From: Phoronis australis
Lineage: Eukaryota; Animalia; Phoronida
Assembly: GCA_002633005.1 (NCBI GenBank)
Contig: NMRA01000963.1
Span: 17,895 to 64,656 of the forward strand
Reading direction: 5' to 3'
DNA: 46,762 nt
Of this stretch, positions 36,001-46,762 are shown in pieces (within the stretch, counting starts at the first letter, position 1; each line of letters begins with the position of its first letter). Below the pieces are notes generated by a model. That model had not been told where the DNA came from, did no database searches, and was given only the letters and a program-made list of their open reading frames with translations. Both the position numbers and the translations under genes were made by a program.

Positions 36001-37783
36001 TAATATACAGTGTATGCATGAAATGACCCCTATAGATTTTCGATAACATTGAGAAATGAGAATTCAACATCGAGTTCACTCTGGACTTGTGTCAAAACCA
36101 AAAATCGGCCTAGTAATGAAACTAAAAAGCTTAAGAAAGGACAATCGGTGTTTTTACAAGTCTACAAATACGCAGTACATGTAGGTTTAGGAAACTAAGT
36201 TGAGTCCCTATTCGGGACTATTTCATGCAAGTACTGGGCACAGAATACTTAGAGTAATCAACTAAGAAAACAGCAATTGTAAAATAACTAGCTAGTGTTT
36301 TTTATTCCCGAATTTTCATGAATGTGAAAGTAGCGACTACTATCAGGCTAGTCACCTCAAGCGGATTGCCTAATGAAGAATTCAATAGTCAGGAATTTAC
36401 ATGTAACTTCATTTTCGCCACAAGAGGAAATCGACTCGGGATTTCGCGTTTAAGTCCGACATGCGGCTACTGACTACACGGGGTGACGGAAACACTAGTA
36501 TTACTACTTCACTACACAAGAGCAAATGTTTGTCCAGTTATTAGAATGCGCTTTGGACAAAAAGTAATGCAGTAAAAATCAGATGTTTACCTCCTTCTTT
36601 TGGTTGTGGAATTTCTGTTTCCATCTGAAAATCAATCGAAATACGTAGACACGTAACGAAAAGGATCACAATTCAACATCTAAACCCACTGGAGATGCTA
36701 CATGTACATGAGTAAATTATCAACGCATTACCTGCAATTGCACATTCATTACATTTACACCCAAATTATTTAATCTGATTTGAAAGGAAAGTCTCGGGCC
36801 AAAACACTCCCGGTTGTTGCATGGGATATGCATACTAAGTTAATAGCTTTGACCAGGGCTTTGATCGAGCAAAACCCCTTGTTTTGCGATTCATTTACAA
36901 ACCGCCATGTCGCACGGCTGGCAACCTGAAGTAGAAGCCGGTGACGTTATCAGTATTATGCAATTTAAGGAATACATGTATGTAGAACTCTAAATTCAGA
37001 GCGTCAAATCTCAAATATGGCTGATTGAATTCTCATTAAACTTTCAGATACTATGATTTACATGGGGGGAGCTTCGGGAGGCAAATTGGGCAAAAGGCCG
37101 CCTCAATGAAACAAAACGTCCGAGCAAACGACAAAAATGTGCACAGGAATTCGGCGTGGATGCACAATTCGTAAGCCTGAACCTAGTGGTCCCGTTTTTG
37201 TCTTTTTTAGTCCTCGTTGATTTTTTCAGTACTCATACCCAAATATCCGGAGCCCCCTATATTTTAGGCTGGGTGCGCACGTGTTGTTGGACATGGCACA
37301 CTGGCGTTGGGTACGTTCATAGACGTCATACCCATGTTTTAGTCGCCTTCTGTTTTTTTCGTTTAAGGGATACTGATTCACAATAATTGTGACATCAGAT
37401 TCAGTGCTATACATGTACAGTGTAAAGGAAGGTTTCGTGGCTGACAATGCAATCATTTGTCAAAATACGGTGAAATGCTCATGAATCTGTCATGTGGAGT
37501 TTATCTCCGCTAGCGAAGTATCAGGCTGCGGCCGCTGAGTTCGAATCCGCCTTGGAACTGATCGAAAAAACACCGATTTATTTTTCGACGAGTTGGTTTT
37601 GAACTTGTTAAGGGGGATTCAATTTGATGTCTTCTTCGTTTCTAGATCATTCTGGTTATGGATTGGACAATAAATAACCAAGTATGTTTTCACACTCGTG
37701 CTTATTTTTAGTATATATTTTGAACTTACCAACTGCAAAGTTTTCTTTGACAGCAGCAACGCTGATGAATTTTCGCCCTTCAT
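26098..37783 (-). CDS. SORD: Sorbitol dehydrogenase-like zinc medium-chain dehydrogenase, complete 8-exon gene, 352 aa
   Basis: complement(join(26098..26257,27265..27389,27655..27830,30372..30556,32061..32220,34337..34501,36591..36624,37730..37783)) = 1059 nt. All introns GT-AG and phase-compatible, no internal stops. Motifs [63 protein letters not shown]. Ortholog versus paralog status is uncertain. Confidence 0.93.
27265..27389 (-). CDS. SORD: SORD-like exon 7
   Basis: [41 protein letters not shown] followed by GTAATT. Confidence 0.92.
27655..27830 (-). CDS. SORD: SORD-like exon 6
   Basis: [16 protein letters not shown]...[18 protein letters not shown] followed by GTTAGT. Confidence 0.93.
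29989..30066. repeat. (CA)n microsatellite
   Basis: Long CA run with a GCAC-interrupted left part. Confidence 0.95.
30372..30556 (-). CDS. SORD: SORD-like exon 5
   Basis: [25 protein letters not shown]...GAGPIGL...VCLT followed by GTAAGC. Confidence 0.95.
32061..32220 (-). CDS. SORD: SORD-like exon 4 (structural zinc loop); absent from the ORF track
   Basis: [54 protein letters not shown] followed by GTATGA. Confidence 0.93.
34337..34501 (-). CDS. SORD: SORD-like exon 3 (catalytic zinc ligands)
   Basis: [18 protein letters not shown]...[21 protein letters not shown] followed by GTGAGT. Confidence 0.93.
34646..34825 (-). mobile_element. Partial MITE of the 14236 family
   Basis: Reverse-complement similarity to the 14236 copy (TTGGGCAAAA..TCCGCCTCAG); shares GAATTCGGCG.GGATGCAC...GCCTGAACCTAGTGG with the 37061 copy. 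Confidence 0.55.
34789..35519. repeat. 365-bp direct duplication joined by a single N; probable assembly or haplotype-overlap artefact
   Basis: 34789-35153 and 35155-35519 differ at about 3 positions; N at 35154. Confidence 0.85.
35847..36243. mobile_element. PIF/Harbinger-type MITE with ~57-bp imperfect TIRs
   Basis: CTGTGCC..TTGCATGAAACAGTCCCAAATAGGGACTCAGCTAAGTTTCCTAAA versus its inverted counterpart at 36185-36243; CTG/CAG outer triplets. Confidence 0.7.
36591..36624 (-). CDS. SORD: SORD-like exon 2 (34 bp)
   Basis: [18 protein letters not shown](E), GTAAAC. Confidence 0.85.
37061..37283 (-). mobile_element. MITE of the 14236 family in SORD intron 1
   Basis: Ends GGCTGGGTGCGCACGTG, the reverse complement of the 14236 left end; internal similarity to the 34646 copy. 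Confidence 0.6.
37730..37783 (-). CDS. SORD: SORD-like exon 1
   Basis: ACCATG start; [18 protein letters not shown] followed by GTAAGT. Confidence 0.8.
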
Positions 37784-40700
37784 GGTCGGTAGGTCCGTGT
37801 GCGTTTGCCGTGAATGAGTCCAGTGCTGTAGTGGTAAAATTAGAGGTAAGTAGGCGCCCAGAGACCCCTGTATCACCTTGAGCACTGAACGTAAATTACG
37901 GTGAGTAGGCGCAACGTTCAAATGCCAAAAGGTGGCTGGCTGCGCCTGCGTGCGCCTACGCCCCACTACAGCACTGAATGAGTCTTGAATCGCTGGTTTA
38001 ATCAAGACAGCGCGAATACGTGAGAAAGGTCTACTACAAACTCAATCGTAATGCAAATGACGACAATACTAAACAGTCTTGCTTTGGTGTATTGCTCTTT
38101 AACGTGTACGCAAGTATTGAATAACCAAAGTGCACTGCCATACCTTGCTTGTTGGCAGCTTGTACAACCTGTAGATGTAATCTATAAATAAACACAATAA
38201 CGAGACTGACATAGGTAAACTTAGCCCGAAACGGTACTGTAACACATGTCTACACGTACTATAATTTAAAATCCGCAGTGGATGAAACAAGAACATCACT
38301 CATATTAGACAATCATGGAAAGCAGGTGAAACTTACATCAATTGTCCCTACAACTTTCAAAACTCCTCCTCAGAACGTACCCTAATTTGTCCGTCAGTAG
38401 CAGCTAACCTGCTTGTACTGAGAAAACTGGGTCAACCTTGAATGGATAAGCATTCTACCGCCAAAATCACACCACACAAAAAAGGCATTGAAACAGACTA
38501 AATAGAGGGTGATCATGACAAAAATAACATCTGCACAGAACGGTGGGTCTATGTTATTTTATAGTTCGGTAAGGCCATTGACGCAGCTCACTGAGCTGAG
38601 CTAATTAGGGGGAAGGGAAATCTGTATACTAGACACGATGGCTCTCACGTCCGGTTCCTGAGATACAACCAAACTACCAGAAATGAGGATGACGCCGTGA
38701 CGGTTGCTCGCGAAGAACAGGGCTCAAACCCGGATGAAATGTGGTCCTGAATAATGTAGCGTTACCTCAATCGCATCAAACATTCGAATCAGACGTGCTC
38801 AAATGTAGTTGGAGAATGACTTGGAATTTTTTTTCATCTGTTCGTACTCCGGCTCCTAACAGTGAGTTGTGGACTGACTCGGTTATAAATGTATATTTCC
38901 CGGCCGCCAACTGCACAACTCCCCGTCCACAGAGAAAGTCACTCAAAGCATTCGGAAAAGAATCCGACATTTTGAAGATACACACTTATAGATAACTTCG
39001 GCTACACGTTACACATGAACGCAGACTTGACAGGCCGATTTTCTTTGCTTACTAAGTCACAGAGGTGACATACACTGTACACGTTCGCGTTCTGTACAAA
39101 AGTCAAGACAGTTGATCTCGCAAAATTTAATTACCGATTACACACAAAGGATCATTATATCCATGGAATTTTAATTGTGTTTTTAAAGTTGAGTGATTGG
39201 GGAGACGAGGTACTTTAGCGTTTGATTCTTACACTGTTAAATGTTTGCCAAGACCTCTGTACTGAGGCCCTCCTGGCGTTGCTGATTTGTGTCAAAAAGG
39301 CCACAGTAATCCGAAAGTAGTTAGTGTGTTATGTGCCAAAACTCTGTTGAGGATGCGGAAACACAATGTAGAGTATTTTCCTTCGCGTCAACCTATTTCC
39401 ACTTTCCGGGAGCTGAAATGTCTCGAAAAGGCTGGAACCTGTTGTCCTTAGAATGAAGCATCTAATTTCATTACAGTGTTCAGCCATGTAATGTGTACCT
39501 GGTATTGTATGTCAAAGTGTTTAAAAAGTTTTGATACATCCAGCTGGGTTAACAAAATACAAAAAATTAGATAAATACTGAAATTTCCTCCATGAGTTAG
39601 CGACGTCCGCTCTCACGGAATTCAGCTTGTGGCCAGGGGTCTTATTAACTTTCTAGCCAATATGTGGTGCTTTAACAAGACGACGCGCCGTCGAGGTCAA
39701 GACATAATCTAATAAGAGTGAAACCCGCACAGCTGTCTAACCACTGGGGGTCCTTACACTGAACACTATAAACTACACATGATGCATTACCCTTAGAAGT
39801 CTTGTCCTTGACATTAAGCAGTTTGCTGCAGAGAGGATTTAGCAGTTTGTGGATGATAGATTTGTCAAACTGTTCATTACTTGGTTAACGGATCAAAGTA
39901 AGGATAGAATATAAGTAACCGTTTCTTACAAGCCTCTGTGGGTAAATTTTGTGAAAAGAAGATGTTATCACCTTGCTGGGCGTAGAAACACAACTTTTTG
40001 TATAAAAAGCGCCTCGTTTGGTTGGTTATGGGGTTAATTGTAGATATCTGTTGTTCTGAAAACTCGTTTACTAGCAGGACGTTTCACATTACAGCAGAAA
40101 TGGTGTCGTCAACGATTAATAACTTTCATGATATGTAACTTTCCCACGAGGTAAAAGTTCTCCAATCCTCAAAAATTCAATCTTTGCGATGCATCCTCAC
40201 AGAACTGCGGGAGTCACCCCTGGTTTTCATTATACAACGTTTTTGTATATAGTCTGTTAAAACTTGTTGCAAGTTTATCTTGCAATAACCAGGTGTTGTG
40301 AACTTATTTTTTGTGTTTTGATTCAACCAGAGCTCCCTGAAAAACAAATGACGTATGGAGATTATTCGAGATTTAGTGCAAATTTTGCAGCAGCAACCTA
40401 GGAAGTCTCTTACAGGCAAGTCATAAATCCGTCGCCCTCTCTATAAGTCGAAATGTGGCAAAGGTTAAGTAAGACGGAATTGGCTTCTACCTGTGATTAG
40501 TAATATCAGCTCACCCACTTTGGACACGTCGGTGTCATGTATTATGTTCTTTGCTAAAATGCGCTCCCTCGGTCAAAACCTTGCAAGTTTGCGGTCACCT
40601 GTTCAATGAAAAATGCCTCCTGATTGCCATGTACTGTATTTCCCCATCTTCTAACGCCGGAAGGGTTGCATTTAATGCGCATATGGGCTCTTGGAACTGA

Positions 40701-43624
40701 TGCACACCAAGACGTGCCATAGTAAATTGACGGTAGCGGGATTACAAAGGTTGGGGACCACCGGGAACACCAGGGACACCGATCTGAGGGGTCATGACGA
40801 TGGAGGAACATCAAGGCCGGTATCAACATTATTATCGTGTGGGGAGTTTTTCGAGGTGGAAATTTTAAAGAGACTGACGATTTAGGAAAAACCTGCCATT
40901 TCGTGTGTCTGCCTTTTTCACAGATGCAATAAGTCGCAGAATGTACCGATTTTCCCAGCCAGATTTTGTCTAGACGATGATACCGACGCTAACTTTCAAA
41001 TTACAGAAATCACCCAGAGGCGTGCAAAGGTCTAGTGATGCCCGAGACTATTTTTCTATTTGGTGACCCTCTCTCTGTTCAAATGCACGGACCCTAGTAC
41101 TAAGTAAAGAAATGAAACATGAAATATAAAATTTAATCAATAAAACTACAAATCAGTGCCAATTTAATAAAGATAATTCATACAAGTAAGTGATTGGATG
41201 CCCCCTAAGGAAGATGTCCGTTGCCGTAGCTGCGTCGATCGCCACCCCCCTTCCNGCCCCCCACCACCGCCAGTCCCCAGAAATCCTAAAAATCAGGTGA
41301 AAAGTGCATGTCGACCAGCAAGGCATTCAAATTCAAGGAGACAAAAGAATACCTGAATCTCCTTCAAAATTTCAACTTCCCCAATAAAAACTGTAGATAT
41401 GACATAAAGGCTACAGTACATGTACGTCAGAGAAAAAGTGGGCTAAGGGTTCGCCAACTAGCGTTCTTTCCATAACAACAGACCCAGCAACCGTAGCCAT
41501 TCGTAGACTTCACATGCAAAACACAAAAAAATGTCAAATATTAGATGTTAGTTCTCATTTTAAACGATGTCTAAATTTGCAGCATACTTCACTCTAAGTG
41601 ACTTCCTGGAGAACCGTGCGTACAAGTAGAATCAGGTAAAAAATCAATTTGTAAATAAATTGCAGTTTTAAAGAAACGCCCCAACTTAAAAATAAGTGTG
41701 AACATATAAAAATATTGCTGTTATTTCATTGTAAAGTAAACAAAATATAAAAGTGTTGCATTGTAGGGTAGAGATGAAATATTATCACACTCATTTACCT
41801 AAAAACAATCTCCCAAAACAAGACTTTTGGTAGATTGAAATAGAAATTGGTATTCTTAACGATGTCCTGCAGGCTGGGTTATTTGTAAATTAGTACTTTG
41901 TTTGCATTTTCACTATTTAACGCGACTAAGCATCGTTAAATAGTAGGCTCAACCGTGGTTAAAAAAACCCCGATTGTTATCTCTTGACCTGACCCATAAG
42001 CACTGTAAAAGGAAGTGAAAAGACTGTGTATTAAATGCAACATTTGTTTGCTAAGTAGCCTCATTTTCAACCTTCGTCGTTATTATGTTATAAGTTGACC
42101 TAACAGGCTTGAGGAGACGTATCACAGAATTGTGTGCGTATTTGTTTTTTGAATTTTACCTTTCTGTACCACCTAGCACAGAGTACTTGTCAACAGTTCT
42201 CAGGTAAATGAAATTTGCATGGATTCAGGTATCTGACGGGTGTAAGAAGAGAATTAGTTTGGTCGTAATTCATTGCTTTTGTTATTGCGCTATGATAAGT
42301 GTCTATACTACAGCAGTATTTGGTGATTAGGGTAAAACTGTCGGCAGTACACAAGTTCATGTACACGCAGTTAGTAGCTGTATATTCCATGGGCAAGTGG
42401 CTAAATCAATGCTTTCAATACTCACCCTTACGGGCTGAGAAGAGCATCTCCGTCCCCTATAAAACATGTAATTTCATTACGATGATCTGCTTCCAAGAAT
42501 ACGGAACAACTGGGATAGTTTGATAGCAGCAAGATCAGAATAGCATGGGGCACGTGCGGGATGTGCATGGGTCCACTCTGACAGTCATATTGTGGGATCG
42601 ACAAGTCTGCGTATTCATCCAAACAATAGAATTTAACAGCGTTAAAGCATTATCTTGACCTGAAAATAGATAGCCTGTAATAGTTTACAAGTGACTTTAA
42701 AAAACAGAACTTGAACGCTAATCGCTTATCTATGTGATTGCTCAGTCAAATTAGTTAGAAACAAAACATATTGAGGCTGTGTGAATATGAGGTACGTTGA
42801 AAGTCGTCATATGTTTTTAAAAATGAGATTTGTGTCGAAAATAACCTGCCGTAAATGACTCTACCGTGTTCAGTAATTCTTGTGACAGTGTGTTGGGGAA
42901 CGAAACTGTGCAGTATATGCTATCTACATGTACATGTACGTGTATTAGAGCCCCGAAGTACGTCATAAGGGCAAAGGTAATCCACTTCAAAATGTTTTGT
43001 TTTCACATGTAGTCCCTAAACGTAGTCAGTTACTTCAACTACACATTTTTTAGCGTAAACGATGTTCAAAGAACATTGTCGTTTAGTCCCTTCTATACGT
43101 TAGCACAGTTAGGACGGAGCATGCAAATGTATTAACATCTTAAAACTAATCTGCCAGTAAGCCGGTCATGTGACCATGTCGTTTTTATTCAAATTGAAAG
43201 CAAACAATACATTCCTAAAAAGGTAGCAAAAGCATGAAAAAATTGGTCGAATTGTAATTGATCATCAAATTCCGTAACTTCTTTTCCCGTTTTCTAAATT
43301 CTTTACCATTTTGTGAAGGTTCTGACTTTTTCATGAACACTGTGAACATTGCATATTAAATAGTGGACCTACACCTACATACATGTACATATAGATTTAA
43401 ACTATCGGTTAATGTCAATATAGTGCTTCCTTTAAAATGAGTTATGCGTATCCAGTTCAGTTCATATACCGAGTCAAATCCAACGTGTCAGTTGATTGCC
43501 GCTGCCTATAAAAATGATAAGTATGGAGTTTGAAAATTGCATGAAAATGATAAAAAGGTGTGACACCGACTACATTGGAAATATATCCATATGTACTAAT
43601 GCAGTTTTGCTTTTGCAGTTAACG

Positions 43625-44623
43625 ATGGGTGTTTTAAATACATGTACAAGGTGGATACTTATCAACATGTTGCTCATGGCGAATTCGTGTGACAGTTTAC
43701 TTTTAGAGACACCTACTCTACTTAACCACCTCATAAAATTTGCAAATAACACTCGATTACTAGTGGGAGCCGTGAATCATCTGTACATGGTCGACAGTAA
43801 TTTAAATGTAATCCAAAATGTGTCTACTGGACCTGTCATAGACAGCAAACACTGTTCCTCTAGTTCGTGTTCAAATGGTGTGATGACCGATAACTATAAT
43901 AAATTATTGGTTCTGTACAATGAAGAGTTGATCACTTGTGGAAATGTTCGCCAAGGAACATGTGAGATGCGCAGAATACAGAACTTAAGTGAATTCACTG
44001 CACATCGGTCTACAAAAGCAATGGTAGCAGCTAACACTCCAGAAGCGTCTACTGTTGGCGTAATAGTTCCTGGGAAGAATGCGATATGTGTTGGCGCTAC
44101 AATGACAGAGGGTTACGGAAGATTTGATTTCTCTGTCATTAGCACCAGAAGACTAGTTGACTTTCGGATAGTTCGCCATTCACAATTACGTGCTCAGAAC
44201 GATTACGGTTCTAAAATATCTTACAAGTTTGCATTCCACCTACGGAACTACAGCTATTTTCTTGTTGGGGACGAATATCATAGATTGTCTAAAATAGCGC
44301 GTATCTGCGAAGACGATTGGTCTTATTATTCATACATTGAAATACCATTGGAGTGCAAGCACGGAATTACAATTTATGACAGTGTACAAACAGGGACAAT
44401 TGCAAAACTAGGACCAAGCGTTGCATCCCATGTTGGCGTTTCTATTGATGATGATGTTTTGGTGACAGTATTTCACAGACGTGGTGTAACTGAATATTCA
44501 GCCATTTGTTTGTACAGGATCTCAGATATAATTGATAAGATTAATGAAAATGGGAACGAATGTTTCAAAAAGGGACGATTCACTAATGCAAGTTATTATA
44601 TTCAAGGGAATAGCCGATGTAAG
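43625..44623 (+). CDS. Plexin-like receptor, first coding exon (signal peptide plus most of the Sema domain, 333 codons); gene continues beyond the window
   Basis: TTTTGCAG acceptor ending 43618, ATG at 43625, hydrophobic N-terminus. Plexin Sema motifs VGAVNHLY, TGPVIDS, DNYNKLLV, LITCG..QGTC, VAAN...STVG, SKIARIC..D..YYSYIEIPLEC, SAICLY...I. GTAAGT donor at 44624. Confidence 0.92.
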
Positions 44624-44708
44624 GTAAGTTTTAGTCTTACAACCTCCTTTGCTTACGTAAGTAGACAATTTCATGAAAGGGTTTTGTTACAGGAAAATGC
44701 CACCCGAT

Positions 44709-46496
44709 TTAGTTAGTCTTTTTACTGTCTTAATCGGTCTATATCCACATCGCCTCGCATACGGTCGACCTTACATGTACCTTTCCGAGAGTTGTCGCGT
44801 TAATCTGTGAGGAAGGTGAGAAACGCCTCAGCGACGTCAGTGGTTCATTCCCAGTGTCCGAACTATGCAGCTGCAAGGAAAAAAAAACAAAAACAGTGCA
44901 GGTGGTCTGACGTCATTTGTGGTGCATCAGACGTGCGCAGGCCTCTTGGTTGGGCCCATTGCACAAAACACCTGAGCAAAGCACGAAACCCCAATTATGG
45001 CTCCTCGTGAAGAAAGTTTTCACGTCTGCCAGTCTCCTTTAGGAAAACGGACAGACGTTTCCATCTGTTGCCATGCACTATATGTTGTAGGCATGTAACA
45101 GTGCCATCCAGTAGGCTGCTCCTTAGCCTATAAAAAGCTGGGCAAGACTCTACCAGGTGTTTAGAAGATTCTACGTCAGTACCACACTCAGGACACACAG
45201 GGCTCCCCATATGCCCAGTAATGTGTCAGGCTAGGTTGCAGTGGCCCGTCAAAATTTGAATGACGTGTCTTATACCAAATCTATCTTGACTCAGAAGGCT
45301 TTTTGAACCTTTTGTTTCGATCACGTTGGGGAAATTCTCCTTGGTCTCTCTGAAGGAGTTAAGTGATGCCCACTGGGCTGCTGACTGGGTATGTACCCAG
45401 TTGCGTATACTCATCCTGCAACATCCGTGAGATACCGGGATAGCAGGTTCAGCCACAAAATGCAGAACGCTTGCACTTATCTTTGCGAGTCTGTCTGCAT
45501 TCTCATTGCCATCAATTCACACATGGGCCCTGACCCAGCGTATATTGACGGTTCTTTCAATTGCAAGCCTGTTAAGCTCATTAATACAAGCATTAACACA
45601 ACGAGAGTTGACCCTTAGTTTAGTAATTGGCAGATTGCCAAGTTCAGTGTTATATTGTTGTGTCAGTTGAGCAGCTCTATTAATTGCAGTGATCTCAGCC
45701 TGAAACACCGTGGCAAAATTGCCTAGCGATACCCAGTTTTCTGCATCTGCAACAGGAAGGCTTGAAAAGTAGACCCCAGCACCTGTCTGGCCATTTTCCA
45801 GTTTAGAGCCGTCCGTATAACAAACCACCTCATTCTTGTGTTCTACGGTAGGCCATCCATCGCCAATTTCCGTGAAGAAATTGTTTGTATGATTTAAAGC
45901 TGTGACCTGGACATCACTAGGCATGTTCCATAGTTGCCCAGTCTTGGCCATTAGCTTATTGCAGATCTTCCTGTGGCTTCTGCGTGCAACGGAGTCAGGG
46001 ATGTTAGTTTTCACCCACTGACCATTATATCTGAGACGAAGTGCAGCACATGCAGCTTCACCCTCAAGGTATATTTTCAGTGGTGGTAGACCGATTAGCA
46101 TTTCTAGGGCTGCAGAACGGCGTTTCTGGAAAAGCAGAGGTTATGCACAGACAAGCTAGACGTTGCAGCCGCCTAAGTTTCTTGATAATTGTAATCTGTT
46201 TTAATGCCGTTACTCATACCGACGAAGCATGGGACATTATAGGTAGGATAACAGCAGTATAAATCCAGAACATATTCTTGGGGGACATTCCCCGAGTTTT
46301 ACCCACCGCGCGACTGCATCTCACCAATGCAGATTTGGCTTTTGAGATTTTTTTCTGTAATATGAGGGGTTCAGGAAAGACGATGGTGTAAAATGACACC
46401 TAAGTAAGTCGCCTTGTCTACAAGACCAAGATGTTTACCATTCAGCGTTAAAGGCCGCTTTGACCATTTAAGCTTCCAAGTGAACATAATCACCTT
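44709..46496 (-). mobile_element. Non-LTR retrotransposon 3' part (I-group, LOA/Lian-like: RT thumb, RNase H, C-terminal Cys/His motif), degenerate, antisense in the plexin intron
   Basis: WIYTAVILPI, LIGLPPLKIYL, RNase H YTDGSK...GAGVY...TVFQAEITAI...IRWVRAH, ILTGHC, CPECGTDVESSKHLVESCPAF. Several frameshifts; cut at 46496 by an Academ end. Confidence 0.9.
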
Positions 46497-46762
46497 TAGT
46501 CGGTGGGCCAGATTTTGTAGGGCCTCTAGAAAATGGTTTTTGTGAGTACTTTAGGGGGGGGCAATTTTATTTTGGTGTTTTTTAATTCATTTATTAGAGT
46601 GTTTTCAAAGTCTAAAAAGTTCCCACATATAAAGTTGCACATTTTTGAGAAATTTGAGTTTGAAGTTACCTAATAATCACCAAAGAGCTTAGTAAACTTA
46701 TATTTGTAAAAACAACAGTTTTGGTGACTTTTTGTAAAACAAGTAATATGGTCCCATCAGTG
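46497..46762 (-). mobile_element. Second copy of the Academ-like right end, inverted, inserted in the LINE and truncated by the window edge
   Basis: Reverse complement of 20113-20377 with about 5 substitutions and one G-run indel in 266 bp. Confidence 0.92.

Noticed and set aside
37500-37560. tRNA gene (GTTCGAATCC B-box)
   Set aside because: No foldable cloverleaf or clear A-box; at most an old SINE remnant.
26098-37783. Horizontal transfer of a bacterial polyol dehydrogenase
   Set aside because: Seven spliceosomal introns at positions matching animal SORD genes argue for vertical inheritance.
38776-38985. Annexin-like fragment LLGAGVRTDEKKFQVIL
   Set aside because: The resemblance is only a few residues, lacks the GTDE motif, and no other annexin exons are nearby.
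43496-44716. 406-aa single-exon secreted Sema-only protein
   Set aside because: The ORF reads through a clear acceptor (43618) and donor (44624); it is better explained as one exon of a longer gene.

Overview
Eukaryotic, intron-rich genomic DNA with one 887-N scaffold gap. The repeat landscape suggests an invertebrate animal, but the species cannot be determined from the sequence. Three host genes are visible: (1) the last two exons of a secreted group I/II-type phospholipase A2 (+, 5416-7120); (2) a complete 8-exon, 352-aa sorbitol dehydrogenase-like gene (-, 26098-37783) with intact zinc and NAD motifs but a strongly remodelled substrate pocket; (3) the signal-peptide/Sema exon of a plexin-like gene (+, 43625-44623), head-to-head with the dehydrogenase. 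Most of the rest is transposon-derived: a 4.6-kb spliced hAT fossil carrying three tandem tRNA-Glu-like units, a Helentron-associated (HINE/DINE-1-like) element with eight periodic CTCF-like motifs that appears split by about 11.5 kb of nested P-like, ISL2EU-like and Academ-like insertions, a Penelope relic, an RNase H-bearing LINE and several MITEs. TACATGTA is strongly over-represented, and paired repeat copies in the window differ by exactly TA versus TACATGTA, the signature of a Tc1/mariner excision footprint. All calls were made by eye with no database searches; comparisons with human proteins and transposon superfamily rules come from recalled knowledge.
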